64,000 nucleotides of DNA from Mobula hypostoma (lineage: Eukaryota), in assembly GCF_963921235.1 (NCBI RefSeq), contig NC_086097.1:192078001-192142000 (forward strand). The letters are read 5' to 3'. This document shows, in pieces, positions 28,103-42,144 of this stretch. Both the position numbers and the translations under genes were made by a program. Under the pieces are notes generated by a model. It was not told the origin of the DNA, did no database searches, and worked only from the letters and a program-made list of their open reading frames with translations. How positions within the stretch are numbered: the stretch's first letter is position 1; each line of letters opens with the position of its first letter.

Positions 28103-28796
28103 AAGATCATAGTTGATCTAAATATATTATCAAAACTGCATTCCTTCCTTCCCCCAGTAATCTTTTACCTGTTTGCTTATTAACTATTTATTAATCTCTT
28201 TTTAAAAATAATTATGAAATTCTGCTTCCACTATCCTTTGAGGAAGACAATTTCAAAGACTTATGGCTTTCTTGAGGAAAAAAAGTTGCACCTCATTTCT
28301 GTCTTAAAAAGTTGATCCTTTAATTTTGAGGTTCTACCACAGTTGGGAACATCCCCACTATGTTCCCTCTTCAAGGACACTCAGTATCCACAAAATGCTG
28401 AAGGATCTCAACAGGTCAGGCAGCATCGATGGAAATGAATATACAGTCGACGTTTTTGACCCAGACCCTCCTTCAGTACTCCCTAGCAGAGTATGTACTA
28501 GGATACCTTGATCCCTCTGCGCCTCAGACCCCCACAGCTTTTCACTTTTAAAGATCCACACAGAGTCCGGAACTGTAGTTATAAGAGGTCTTTATTCATA
28601 CCAAGCAAACTGCCAAGGGAGACCTGATGGTAGAATCTCTCCAATCTTAAAGGATACCTAGCTGTATTTAACCATTAGGTCACAAAGATAATAGCAGGCA
28701 ATAAAATACAAGATTAAAAGTTAAAACTGCATGGTTTATTTCAAAACTTTGGTTATGAATGAATAGTTCCATAGAGTTCTACATTTTTAGTGGGAC

Positions 28797-29081
28797 TGTG
28801 GCGACCCACTTTCTGGCACACACGAACCGGCTCACAACAGCGCGCGCAGGCAGAGGGCCGGCAGCAAAAAGGGCGCCAGGCCATCTTCACCAGCAGGGGG
28901 AAAATCCTGCGCGCGGAAAGGGTCTGGGAATATACATTCCCCACAGCAATCCCGCCCAAGGAGGGCGGGAACGGGAAGGCTTTAAAGCGGGCCGCGAAGT
29001 TTGAATAAATCTCTTTCATCGCAACTCTAACTCATCGACTCCGTGTGGTTATTCTAGCGCTGTGTGTAGCACATCGCTGCA
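28797..29081 (+). repeat. Gypsy 5' LTR
   Basis: Direct repeat of 32877-33161 with about 15 substitutions by eye. Confidence 0.95.
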
Positions 29082-29083
29082 AT

Positions 29084-29097
29084 TGGTGACCCCGACG
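29084..29097 (+). promoter_or_regulatory. Primer-binding site complementary to the tRNA-Trp 3' end
   Basis: TGGTGACCCCGACG, 2 nt after the LTR. Vertebrate tRNA-Trp ends ...CGTCGGGGTCACCA. Confidence 0.8.
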
Positions 29098-32000
29098 GCC
29101 CAAATGATATTTGGACCAGAGATGACCGACGCTGCATCTGTTCACGCAGTTTTGTTAAAACTACCAAGCTTCTGGACGCTGCGATCTCAATTATGGTTCG
29201 AACAAGCAGAAGCACAATTCCACATTCGGCAGATAACCTCGGAGTCCACTCGCTACTACTACGTGCTGAGCTCCCTTGACCAGGAGACTGCTGCACAAGT
29301 TGAGGTTATACAGTCGCCCCCGGAGGACGGCAAATACACAGCATTCAAAGCCCTGCTCATAAGGACTTTCGGACTCTCACGGTGCGAACGAGCACGCCAC
29401 TTAATGCACCTGGATGGTTTGGGAGACAGGCCGCCGTCAGCATTAATGAACGAGATGCTGGCCCTGGCTGAAGGACACAAACCCTGCCTCATGTTTGAGC
29501 AGGCGTTCCTAGAGCAACTGCCCGAGGACATATGCCTGCTGCTGTCCGACGCAGATTTCAGTGACCCCCGGAAGGTGGGGGCCCAGGCAGGTGTGCTGTG
29601 GAATGCCAGGAAAGAGAGAGGGGCATCCGTCACACAGATCACCAAGCCGCGTGCCCAACGACAGACCAGACCAGGCCCGGCAGCAGAGCCTACAAAACCC
29701 GGCGACGGGAGTGAGGAGCCCAACGAACAATGATGTTTCTACCACCAGCGGTGGGGCACGGAGGCCCGCCGCTGCAGACCACCCTGCAAATTCCCGGGAA
29801 ACGCCAAGGCCATCCGCCGCTGATGGCTATGGCGGCTGGCCATCAGGACAGCCTCCTGTATGTCTGGGACAAACAGTCGGGACGCTGCTTTTTGGTCGAC
29901 ACCGGAGCGGAGATCAGCGTCTTACCTCCAACGAGTTATGACACCCGCAACAGAGAACTGGGACCCACCCTGAGGGCCGCTAATGGCAGCACAATACGAA
30001 CCTACGGCACCCGCACGGTGCGGCTACGGTTCAGCTCCAGCCGGTTCACGTGGGACTTCATACTGGCCGCCGTGGCCCAACCACTGCTGGGGGCAGATTT
30101 TCTACGAGCCCACAGCCTGCTGGTCGACTTGCAAGGGAAGCGATTAGTCCACGCCAAGACTTTTCAAACGTTCTCCCTGAGTGAAGCACAGTTGCCAGCC
30201 CCACACCTGGACTCCATCATGCTGTCCGACGATGAATTCACCAGGGTCCTGGCGGATTTCCCATCAGTACTGGCACCGCAGTTCACGGCAGCCATGCCCA
30301 GACACGGAGTACAGCACCACATCCCGACCCAGGGACCACCCCTCCACGCCCGTGCTCGAAGGCTTCCCCCGGACAAGCTCCGACTGGCGAAGGAGGAGTT
30401 CAAGAAGATGGAGGAATTAGGGATCATATGACGGTCCGACAGGCCATGGGCCTCCCCCCTTCACATGGTGCCCAAGGCAACGGGGGGCTGGAGACCATGC
30501 GGTGACTACCGCAGACTGAACAAAGCTACAACGCCAGACCGCTACCCTGTGCCGCACATTCAAGACTTCGCAGCGAACCTACACGGCGCAAGGATCTTTT
30601 CCAAGGTAGACCTCGTCCGGGGATACCATCAAATCCCTGGACGACATCCCCAAAACAGCACTTATCACCCCGTTCGGACTTTTCGAATTCCTCCGAATGC
30701 CGTTTGGTCTAAAGAATGCCGCACAGACTTTCCAGCGGCTAATGGACGCAGTGGGACGCGACCTGGACTTTGCATTCATTTATTTGGACGACATCCTCAT
30801 AGCCAGCAGTAGTCGGCAGGAGCATCTGTCCCACCTCCGCCAGCTCTACTCCTGTCTGAGTAAATTCGGTCTTACAATCAATCCAGCCAAATAACAGTTC
30901 GGACTCGACACCATTGACTTCCTGGGCCACAGGATTACTAAAGACGGGGCAACCCCGCTGCCCGCCAAGGTAGACGCGGTCCGCCACTTCCCCCGACCCA
31001 ACACAATCAAAGGCTTGCAGGAATTCGTGGGTATGGTGAATTTTTACCACCGTTTTCTCCCCTCAGCAGCCTGAACCATGCGCCCTCTGTTCACCCTGAT
31101 GTCGGGTAAGGGCAAGGACATTACCTGGGACGAAGAGGCCGCAACCGCTTTCGTTAAAACCAAAGAAGCCTCGGCAAACGCCGCGATGCTAGTGCACCCC
31201 AGAACGGACGTTCCTACTGCCCTCACGGTGGACGCATCCAACACAGCGGTCGGTGGAGTGCTGGAACAACTCATCGACGGTCGCTGGCAACCCCTGGCAT
31301 TCTTCAGCAAACACCTATGATCATCTGAACTCAAATACAGTGCTTTCGACCGGGAGCTATTGGCACTATACCTGGCAATCCGGCACTTCAGGTACTTCTT
31401 AGAAGGTAGGCCCTTCACCGCGTTCACAGACCACAAACCGCTTACCTTTGCGTTCACTAAGGTGTCCGACCCCTGGTCGTCCCGCCAGCAGCGACATCTG
31501 TCCTACATCTCCGAGTACACGACGGACATCCGGCATGTCTCTGGAAAGAACAACGTCGTGGCGGACGCACTTTCCAGACCTACCATACAGGCCCTGTCCC
31601 AGGGGGTGGACTATGCAGCGCTGGCAGAGGCACAGCAGGCAGACACTGAGATCCCCAGTTATAGGACTGCAGTCTCCGGTTTACAGCTTCAAGACCGCCC
31701 CTTAGGCCCAGGTGAGAGGACCCTACTATGTGATGTGGTACCGGCCAACCCCGCCCTGTTGTCCCAGCAGCCTGGCGCCGGCGGGTTTTCGAGTCCATTC
31801 ACAACTTAGCGCACCCCTCCATCAGGACAACCGTCTGGCTGGTCTCCAACAGGTTCGTGTGGCATGGATTTCGTAAACAGGTCAGTGAATGGGCCAAAAC
31901 GTGTATGCAGTGCCAAACGGCCAAGGTGCAGCGGCACACCAAGGTTCCGCCGCAGCGGTTCGAACCCACCCGCCGGAGGTTCGACCACATTCATGTGGAT

Positions 32001-32876
32001 ATCGTGGGGCCCCTGCCAGTGTCACGAGGAGCGCGGTACCTCCTAACCATAATAGACCGGTTCACCAAATGGCCAGAGGCAGTCCCGCTCACCGACACCA
32101 ACTCCGAATCCTGCGCCCGAGCACTAATCGCAACCTGGGTAGCACGCTTTGGGGTACCGGCCCAAATTACCTCCGACAGGGGCGCCCAGTTCACCTCCAG
32201 CCTGTGGTCGGCTATGGCCAGCCTTTTAGGAACACAGCTACACCACACAACTGCCTACCACCCACAGTCGAACGGACTAGTGGAGCGCTTCCACCGTCAC
32301 CTGAAATCGGCTCTCATGGCCCGCCTGGAGGGGCCTAACTGGGTGAACGAACTTCCCTGGGTCCTGCTCGGAATCCACACGGCACCCAAGGAGGATCTAC
32401 ACACCTCGTCGGCCGAGTTGGTGTACGGCGCGCCCCTGGTCGTCCCAGGAGAGTTCATACCAGCCCCAAGGGGGCAAGAGGAAGAACCCACAGCAGTCCT
32501 GTACAGACTACGTGAGAGGCTCAGTAACCTGGCCCCCATCCCCACTTCATAGCACGGACAGAGCCCGACCTGCGTACCCAAAGACCTGCAGAACTGTGAG
32601 TTTCTTTTTGTACGATGGGGCGGACACCGGGCACCGCTACAGCGGCCCTACGAGGGGCCGTTTAAGGTGATCAGGAACAACGGGTCCACGTTCGTGCTGG
32701 ACATTGGGGGGAGAGAGGAGGTTTTCACGGTGGACCGACTCAAACCGGCCCATGTGGACTTGGCGCAACCGGTCCAGGCTCAGGCACCGTGACGCAGGGG
32801 CAGACCTCCCAAACAGAGGCCGATCCAGACTGTAGACATTGGGGGAGGTATCGTCGGTTCTGTGGGGGGGGGGTTA

Positions 32877-33161
32877 TGTGGTGACCCACTTTCTGGCATA
32901 CACGAACCGGCTCACAACAGCGTGCGCAGGCAGAGGACCGGCAGCAAAAAGGGCGCCAGGCCCTCTTCACCAGCAGGGGGAAAATCCCGCGCGCAGAAAG
33001 GGTCTGGGAATATGAATTCCCCACAGTAGTCCCGCTCAGGGAGGGCGGGAACGGGAAGGCTTTAAAGCGGGCCGCGAAGTTTGAATAAATCTCTTTCATC
33101 GCAACTCTAACTCACCGACTCCGTGTGGTTATTCTAGCGCTGTGTGTAGCACATCGCTACA
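32877..33161 (+). repeat. Gypsy 3' LTR
   Basis: Direct repeat of 28797-29081, preceded by a polypurine tract. Confidence 0.95.
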
Positions 33162-33257
33162 GGACCACATCTTAACTAATAAGAACTGCTTTGCTGAATC
33201 AATACAGTTAATATTGACATTCTAAAAGTTACTGATAAAAAAACTCAAATACTCAAT

Positions 33258-33854
33258 CAACAGGAATTCTGCAGATGCTGGAAATTTGAGCAACACACAT
33301 CAAAGTTGCTGGTTAATGCAGCAGGCCAGGCAGCATCTCTAGGAAGAGGTGCAGTCGATGTTTCAGGCTGAGACCCTTCGTCAGGACTAACTGAAGGAAT
33401 AGCTAGTAAGAGATTTGAAAGTGGGAGGGCGAGGGGGAGATCCGAAATGATAGGAGAAGACAGGAGGGGGAGGGATGGAGCCAAGAGCTGGACAGGTGAT
33501 TGGCAAAAGGGATATGAGAGGATCATGGGACAGGAGGTCCGGGGAGAAAGACAAGAGCGGGGGGATCCAGAGGAAGGGCAAGGGGTATATTCAGAGGGAC
33601 AGAGGGAGAAAAAGGAGAGTGAGAGAAAGGATGTGTGTATATAAATAACGGATGGGGTACGAGGGGGAGGTGGGGCATTAGCGGAAATTAGAGCCAGCCC
33701 TTGGCTCCATCCCTCCCCCTCCTGTCTTCTCCTATCATTTTGGATCTCCCCCTCCCCCTTCCACTTTCAAATCTCTTACTAGCTCTTCCTTCAGTTAGTC
33801 CTGACGAAGGGTCTCAGCCTGAAACATCGACTGTACCTCTTCCTAGAGATGCTG
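33258..33854. mobile_element. Penelope-like inverted pLTR pair
   Basis: Minus arm 33258-~33692 and plus arm ~33693-33854. TSD tcaaatactcaat at 33245-33257 and 33855-33867. Confidence 0.88.
33797..33832 (+). ncRNA. Minimal hammerhead ribozyme motif (AUC triplet)
   Basis: agtcctgacgaagggtctcagcctgaaacatcgact; a partner copy lies on the minus strand at 33353-33388. Confidence 0.7.
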
Positions 33855-35372
33855 TCAAATACTCAATACTGTGTGGCATACAAACATGTCCAGAATTGAT
33901 TGACCTAACAGTTATGAGCATGAGCAAGTTAGATGTGCCAAGTGATAAAATAGCCAATGTAGAATCCTCTTGATCTCACCCAGGGCTCCTTTTATTAACA
34001 TCACAATAATGTAAAATACCTTAGCTCGAGATGTCAAAAGCCTGTATTATTACAGTAGTCTCATTAAGATAGCTCTATTACCTATATACAATACTTAGCC
34101 AATGCATGTAAAATTGTCTCATGGTCATGTCGATTTCCAAAGCATAACTGATAAGTGAACTCTGTGAAGGGAGCCAAAAGCCTGCTCCCTTTACAGAGTA
34201 TGGTGTTCGTTTATGCAGTTGTTGTAATTCCATTAACAATGATCCCATACAGATTACTTTTGGAGGAGGTTCGTTCTTGTTTGAATGAATGGCACCATAC
34301 CTCGCATAATTTTATATTCTTTGATTGTGGTTGTAATTCACTGACACTCTGTGCCAGAGAAATGCAAAATATGAATATGAGGCATTCCAGCAATCAGTTG
34401 TTTAGAGTTCTGACTTCCCATCTCACCCCGGATTCTCTATTAAATGTAGTGACATTTTGTAAATTACACAGATATACTTAAAATTTGATTTTAAGTATGT
34501 TTTTGATTATTTTGCTTAATTTATTTTTTCAATGTATTCTGTTCTTAATTAATTAAAAGCATCATGAGCTTTCAAAGGCCATTGGTCCAGAACTTGTGAT
34601 AGCGCCTCTGAATACCACATCTACGAGCCTAATTGACGCTCAAACCTGCTTCAGTTGTGGGATAATTGCAGAATTGAGGCTTTGAGTTTATTGGAAGCAA
34701 TGATACTGCAGAAGCTATGTGTGGCTAGGAGGCTTCATATCAGGGTGTGGGAGATATGTGCAGGTGGCGAGAAGAATTAAGTTTGGCCCATCTTATTCTT
34801 AAACTTACATTGATATTAACAGGATACATGGTATCATTAATGCATAATCAAATATTAATACCTTTCATGACATGCATGGAAACCTGCTGCTTTGAAAATA
34901 AGTATGAATCTAATAAATTTATAAATAAATGTAATAAATACTGTATTTATTTAAATTCAGTTTGCTAAACCTGATATGCTATTGTCTTAACTTAACAGAT
35001 ATTGCAATCCTCACTGTAGATGTATAGCGTTCAATGTCAGGCAATGAAAAAACCTCTTGTATCCTAAATGTCATGATATGCTCTTCAGAAAAGGCAGCAT
35101 TTAATTAAGAGCAATTAGCTGTCTCCCTGCTGAGAAGTTTCAAGAAGCAACTGTCCTCACAAAAGATCATTTGCACATGACAGCCTTGGATGTCAGTCAG
35201 TTCTTCTACAGTTTGAGATCAATTTAACATAATTATATTAGGCAGAAAGGGTAGAGAAAATAATTTTCTCAACAAATCTCTGTTGTTGGATCTGACTAGG
35301 ACTGAAATAGGATTCCACTCAGCTATTGAAGACCAATTATTGCTAATACACCATATTAGTTCACCTACCATC

Positions 35373-35388
35373 ATGCTCTTTGTTAAAG
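35373..35388 (+). CDS. AKAIN1/AKAP7-family microprotein, first coding exon (MLFVK-G)
   Basis: accatcATGCTCTTTGTTAAAG|GTGAGT: A at -3, consensus donor, phase 1. Resembles the AKAIN1 N-terminus MVFAPG and joins in frame to the exon at 62170. Confidence 0.65.
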
Positions 35389-37227
35389 GTGAGTGTCTTT
35401 ACTGCCTTGATACCTGTGAAAAGTTATAATGGAGATGAGAAAGGTGACTGCTTTAAATGGGAAATAACCTGGATTTGTGAATGTGAAACCATTTCAGTGA
35501 TTTCTTGACTTTGTTGAATGTGAATCTGAATGTCGTCGGCATATTCTTGGTCAATGTTGATCTTGCATAAGTGTTGATAACTACATTAATTACTAATTTT
35601 GAATTACTTAAATTGTTACACTTGATTGCATCTAGTTCCAAGAGTAACCAGATATATCATGGTCCCATCAAAACTTAAGTTCATTATGGAGTCATAAAGT
35701 AGTGGGATCTGATATTTCTAAAGGAGTTTGTCCACTCTTTTGTTATGTATTTCTCCACTGTCACTACAGGGATTTTGAAGAAAAAAGTATTTTATTTCTT
35801 TGCTTAACATTGTTATTGTTTTATTCCAATTATTAATAACCTCTAAATTACATGCGTTTGTAAGTATATATGAGAAAATTACAATAAATTATATGATGTA
35901 TAGTAGGTACACTGGACAAGATAATGCAGTTTCATGCAGACAATATACTAGTGACCTGACATTCTCTGATAGATTCTATTTTCCTCAGCATAAGTTTGCT
36001 TTAAAATGCCTACAAGCTTCAGAGAGAAGTGAATGATTGCAAATCATTTAGCCTAACTGATTTTGATATTTCTTAAAATATGTTAATTCAGGATTCTTGA
36101 TTTTACATATAATTGCATCCCTGTCACGTAATTGAAATTAAATTTTTTGAAATTGAATTCAGTGTTTTGTGAAACTATCTTGACCCTGTATTGACCTTGA
36201 AATTATTTTATGTAAATGTTAATATCCATATATTTAATGTATGTATATCAAATTTATTTTAGTTTGATGCCTTGATTCAATAAATTAATGACCATATTTT
36301 TCCTGATACAGAACTTCAGAAACAATAATAATTTTTCTATCATAGATAAGAAAAACATAATTTTTTTTTAAAATCTTTGTTTTGAGGTTTATAACCATTG
36401 CTGCAATTACAGCTGATAAAATTTCTTGAAGAGAACATAATCTGTTGTATTTTATGGACAATTCTGGTTAGAAGTATTGGAGAATGTTACGTTACATCCT
36501 GTCCCATCTCTCCCACATCAACACTTTTTATCCAGCATTATGGTGCATCGGTCTAATGAACCAGTTAGAACATAATTAGATGCTTCATTAGCCAATGCTG
36601 AATTACTACTATATGTACATGATAGTCAAAAACCAGCTATTGTCTAATTAATAATCAGAAATGTTTAAAAAATCAAATAGCCCTATGGTTTTTTCTGGAA
36701 TTGTCACGACAATGTCCTAGAGATTAAGCTTTTTTTTAGAAATTCTAGGATAATTCTGCATATCTGTCAATCTTCCTGTGTATTAGCTAGGATGCATAAG
36801 GGTGTCTACCATTTTCGCACAGTACTGTATTTGTCAATGCAGAGCAGAGAACGAGTTTGTAAATCTGGCAGGAGCAAAAGATGTTGGGAGTGCAAGGGTG
36901 AAGTGCCGTGGGTGAGGTGCGGGACAGGTGGCAGTGAAGGAGTGCCAGGGTGGGGGTGGAGGGTTGCATGGGTGCAGACACACCGAGCACTGAGACACCA
37001 GGCAAGGTCATTTGATTCTAAACAATTGGTTTATTTTTCATGTCTCTCTGGGGCTTCTCACTTCCTCACCTCTCCCTTTCCCCTTTCCTAACAATGATTC
37101 CTCTCTCCTTGCCCTGTTCCCAATCTCAGTGCGCAATAGAGACCCATATCAGAATTAGGTTTATCAGCACCCACCTATGTCATGATTTTTTTTTGCGCAA
37201 CGGTACAACGTAATACATAAAATCACT

Positions 37228-37301
37228 AAAAGTCTTAGGCACATATACAGTACATACACAGTATATAGCTAAGGTACCTAAGAATTTTGCACACTACTGT
37301 A
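37228..37301. mobile_element. Short palindromic Tc1-like MITE
   Basis: aaaagtcttaggcac ... gtacctaagaattttgcacactactgta imperfect inverted repeat. A related half-end lies at about 36800-36829. Confidence 0.45.
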
Positions 37302-38949
37302 CATTATGAAGCACATTCAATTAATTAGTATTTCTTATATGACTTCTTAGTGGTACTGGACAAAATGTGGTAGGGGTTTGATGAAAAATTAAATTAAGTC
37401 CTCTTTTAAATAATCCAATTTGTGCAGGTTTTGGAAATTTGAGTGTTTCATCCTTACTTAGAAATAAATAGGCTACCCATGATATAAAATTAAAACCACA
37501 ACATAAACTTGTCAATTTTTGGCATTTCTGAAAACATTACTGCATTTCTTTTCTTGGCAGGTGGCATAATGGCATAGAAACAGGCCATTCAGCCCATTTA
37601 GTCTGTGCCGAGTCATTAGTCTGCCTAGTCCCATCGACCTGCGCCCACACCAAAACCCTCCACATCCTTCTCATCAAGTACCTATCTAAATTTTTCTTAA
37701 ATGTTGAAATCAACACCACATCCATGACTTGCTCTGGCAACTTGTCCACCTTCTGAGCGAAGAAGTTACTTCTCATCTTCCCCTTAAACTTTGCATCCTT
37801 CACCCTTAACCCATGATCTCTAGTCACAGTCTCACCCAACCTCAGTGGAAAAATCCTGTTTGCATTTACCCTATCTAACCCCTTATAATTTTACATATCT
37901 CCACCAATTCTCCCCTCAGTCTTCTGCCCTTTGGGGAATAAAGTCCTCATCTATTCAACCTACCCCTATAAATTCGGTCCTTGAGCTCTGGCAACATCCT
38001 AGCATGTTTTCTTATGTACTATTTCAATCATATTTACATCTGTCCTGCAGGTAGGTGACCACAACTGCACATAATACTCCAAATTAAGCCTCAACAATGT
38101 CTTATACAATTTCAACATACCATCCCAACTCCGGTACTCAATACATTGAATTATAAAGGCCAATGTGCCAAAGGCTTTGTTTATGACCCAATCTACCTGT
38201 GACAATACTTTCAAAGAATTATGCAACTCTTTTCCCAGATCCCTCTGTTCTACTGCACTTCTCAGTGCCCTACTGTTTACTGTGTAAGATCTATCCTAGT
38301 TGGTCTTCCCAAAGTACAACACCTCACACTGACTGTACTAAATTTCAGCTGATTCAGATTCTGCTGTAACCTTTGAACATCTTCCTCGCTGTCCACTACC
38401 CCCCCCCCCACCCACCAACTCTTGGTGTCATTCACAAATTTGCTGATCCAATTAACCATGTTATCTCGATCAATAACCTTCCAAAAACTTTCCCACTGCT
38501 GATGTCAGGCTCAGCTGCATATAATTTCCTGTTTATTTGTTAGAAACTTTCTTGAACAATGGAAAAACATTAGCTATTCTCAATCCTCCGGCACCTCATC
38601 CATGACTAAGAATGTTTTAAATATCTCCGCTAGGGCCACTGCAATTTCTCCACTAACCTCCCATAGGGGCCAAGGAAACACCTTGTCAGGTCCTGGGGAT
38701 TTATTCACCCTAATTTGATCAAGCCAGCAAATATCTCCTCCTCTAATCTGTATCAGTTCCATGATCTCACTGCTACATTGCCTTGCATCTATGGACTCAA
38801 ATTCTGTTTCTCCCGAGTAAATACAGATGGAAAAAATCTATTTAAGTTTGCCCCATCTCTTTCGGCTCCATGCATAGATTACCACTCTGATCTTCCAGAG
38901 GACCAATTTCCGCTCTTGCTATCTTTTTTCTCAGTATATCTGTACAGGC

Positions 38950-39840
38950 CATAAGACCATATGACATAGGAGCAGAATTAGGCCATTTGGTCTATTAAGT
39001 CTTCTCTGTTATTTGATCAGGGCTGATTGATCTATCTCCTTCTCAATCCCATTCACTTGCCTTCTCCCTGTAACCTTTCACACCCTGACTAAACAAGAAA
39101 CTATCAATCTGTCTTAAATACAACCAATTCCACTGATTCACCACCCTCTTCTAAAGAAATTTCTTATCCTCACTGTTCTAAATGGATGTCTCTCTATTCT
39201 GAGGTTGTGCCCACAGGTGCTAGACTCCCCCACTATAAGAACCACCCTCTCCACCTCCACTATATCTAAGCCTTTCAACATTTGTTAGGTTTCAATGAGA
39301 TCACCCTTTATTCTTCTAAATTACAGCGAGTGCAGGCCCAGAGCCATCATATATCCCTTAAATGATAAGCTTTTAATTCCCGGAATCATTTTGTGATTGT
39401 CAATGTCCAATGTCAGCACTTCCTTTCTTACATAAGGGGCTCATAACTGCTCACAATCCTCCAAGTGAGGCCTCTCCAATGCTTTATAAAGGCATAGCAT
39501 TACATTCTTGTTTTTATATTCCAGTCCTCTCAAAATGAATGCTAACATTGCATTTCTTAACCTTTATGGATTCCTGCACAAGGATAAGTCCCTTTGCACC
39601 TCATTTTTTAAAATTTTCTCTCCATTTAGAAAATAGTTTATGCTTTTATACCTTGTATTAAAGTGCATGACCATACAGTTCCTGACACTTCTTTGTCCAT
39701 TCTCCTAATCTGTCATCCTACAGCTTCCCTGCTTCCGCAACACTACCTGTCCTGCCACTTATCTTTATATTATCTGCAGACTTGGCTACAAGGCCATCAA
39801 TTCCATTATCCAAATCAATGAAATACTATGTAAAAAGAAG
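38950..39840 (-). mobile_element. CR1-like 3' fragment nested in an older CR1
   Basis: Tail cataagaccatatgacataggagcagaattaggcc and a body matching the 26295 copy. Confidence 0.7.
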
Positions 39841-40486
39841 CCCCTAGGATTCTCCATCACCTTATTTGATAGAGCCACCTCATGTCTTAGCCCTCCTGAT
39901 TTCTTCATTAAGTACCCTTGCATTTCTTATACTCCTCAATTACCTTATTTGTTCCTGCTTGCCTACATCTGCTGTGCATCTCCTTCTTTTTCTTAACCAG
40001 GGCCTCAAGATCTCTGGAAAATCAAGATTCACTAAACCTGTTATCCTTGCCTTTTATTCTGACAGGAATGTACAAACTTTTGAAGGCCTCCCACTTACTA
40101 AGTATACCTTTGCCAGAAAACAACCTATCCCATTCCATAAGTGCCAGATCCTTTCAAATACCATCAAAATTAGCCTTTCTCCAATTTAGAATCTCAACCC
40201 AAGGACCAGACTTATCTTTTTCCATAATTACCTTGAAACTAATGGCATTATGATCACCAGATGCAAAGTGTTCTCCTAAACAAACTTCTGTCACCTGCCT
40301 TATCTCATTCCCTAATAGAAGATCTAGTTTTGCACTCCTTCTAATTTGGGTCTCTATATATCTATATACTGATTAAGGAAACTTTTCTGAACTCATTTGA
40401 CAAAGTCTTTCCTATCCAGCCTACTTACAGTATGGGAATCCCAGTCAATATGTGGAAAGTTAAAATCACCTTCTATCGCAACCTTT

Positions 40487-40690
40487 GGCTGGCTGGTGGT
40501 GTAGTGGCATCAGCGCTGGACCTTGGGGCGGAAGGTCCCGAGTTCAAATCCAGCCGGCTCCCATGCACGCTTTCCATCCGTGCTGGGTTGAGTGTCAAGC
40601 TAGCAACTCAACCTTGTAAAAAGGAAATTGCCTGCTACAGAAACATCAACAGCAAAAAGTTGATGGTCTATGCTCTTTCATGAATTTAAA
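40487..40690 (+). mobile_element. tRNA-derived SINE
   Basis: A box tggtgtagtgg and B box gagttcaaatcc. A related copy lies on the minus strand at 50783-51024. Confidence 0.75.
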
Positions 40691-41309
40691 GGCAATTTCT
40701 CTTTTTCTTCTTTCACTCTCTCAACTTTGTGTTTCTTGCAACAGTCTCTGCAAATTTGCTCTTCTAAATCCTGTGGACTGTTGGGTGGTCTATTATATAA
40801 TCCCATTAACATGATTATACATTTTTTATTCCTCAGCTCTACCCATAAAGCCTCACTAGATGAGTTCTCCAGTTTGTCTGGACTGAGCACTGTCATTACA
40901 CTTTCCCTGATGAGTAATGCCACCCATCCCCCCTTTAACCCCTCCTGCTCTATCACTTCCAGAACAATGGAACCCCAGAGCATTGAGCTGCCAGTCCTGT
41001 GCCTTCTGCAACCAATTATCACTAATGGCTACAATGTCCTAATTTCACATGCTGATCCATACTCCCTAAATTTATCTGTCTTTCCTTCAATACTCCTTGC
41101 ATGCATAACCTTTTGTTTCCTGACCCTGTATGTTGGCTTAATAACATCTTTCTCCACAGTGACTCCTTTATCTGTTCTGATGCTCTGGTTCCCATTCCCC
41201 TACAACTCTAGTTTAAACCCTGTCCCTCCTACCCCTCATGATGGATTAGCAAACCTTTCTGCTAGGATATTAGTTCCTGCTTCCCTGGAAAAGAGCCCAG
41301 TGATTCAAC

Positions 41310-42140
41310 ATGTACAATTAATGTCAGAGAAATGTATACAATATACATCCTGAAATTCTTTTTCTTCACAAACATCCACAAAAACAGAGGAATGCCCCAA
41401 AGAATGAATGACAGTTAAGCATTAGAAACTTAAAGCCCCCTCCCCAAGCTCCCCCCTCCCACATACAATCAGCAGCAAGGCAACGACCCCCCTCACCCCC
41501 ACCAACAAAAAAGCATCATTGCCCTCCACCGAGCACTGAAGCATGTGGCGAGCATCAATAAAGACACAGACTTGCATTACCCCAACGACTACTCGTTCAC
41601 CTGGTAATTCGACATACCACATGGTTTCTCTCTCCATAATAAGGGAAAAAGAGGTGTCCCCGTTTCACAGTGAGAGGAGAGACATACCAGACAACATACT
41701 GATTTACAACGTTAAAAGTCTGTTGCGTTGCTTTTTCCGAGCTCTGTGCCTAGGGAGTTGGCCCCAAAAAGGGTCAGATCTCTGGACACACAAGCAGCTA
41801 ATCCGCTGTTCCTGATGTTCCATGTTCTCCCATGATGCCTCAGTCGGGGCACTGGCTTAGAATCAGCATGTCTGCAGAGCCACGAAAATACAGCACCCTG
41901 AAGGTGCACTAGTCTTTCAGGGTGCATCTCTGAGATATCAAAAAGCAGCCGGTCATGAGGCCCTGAGAGCATGTCCCTTTCTCACAAAGAACCGAAGTCA
42001 GAGTGTAACTCCAGGTCAGGGTCTTCTAAAAGAACCTTGAAAAGGGAAAAAAGGGATATCAAGGATAGAAGTAGAGCTGTTTTTGAAGATGCAAGCAAAG
42101 GAGTTGCCGTTTAGCTCCACTTTGCTCGGCCCCTCCGAGT
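41310..42140 (-). repeat. Non-coding interspersed repeat nested in the CR1
   Basis: Shares a 3' tail with the 24890-25690 element and interrupts CR1 continuity. Confidence 0.5.
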
Positions 42141-42144
42141 TTCC

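Larger units (their letters stand above)
28797..33161 (+). mobile_element. Full-length Ty3/Gypsy LTR retrotransposon (gag, PR, RT, RNase H, IN), degenerate
   Basis: 285-bp LTRs at 28797-29081 and 32877-33161 (TG..CA). TSD GGAC. PBS at 29084-29097, G-rich PPT before the 3' LTR. Motifs LVDTGAEIS, YLDD, TVDAS, HVDIVGP, SDRGAQF and GLVERFHR in PR-RT-RH-IN order, with several stops. Confidence 0.96.

Noticed and set aside
28572..33208. Possible older solo LTR interrupted by the Gypsy element
   Set aside because: Only weak TGT..ACA termini and no second copy or TSD to confirm.
40487..40560. tRNA-like A/B boxes (also at 28030-28102 and 50950-51024) as tRNA genes
   Set aside because: They continue into repeat bodies and lack a proper cloverleaf, so they are SINE heads.
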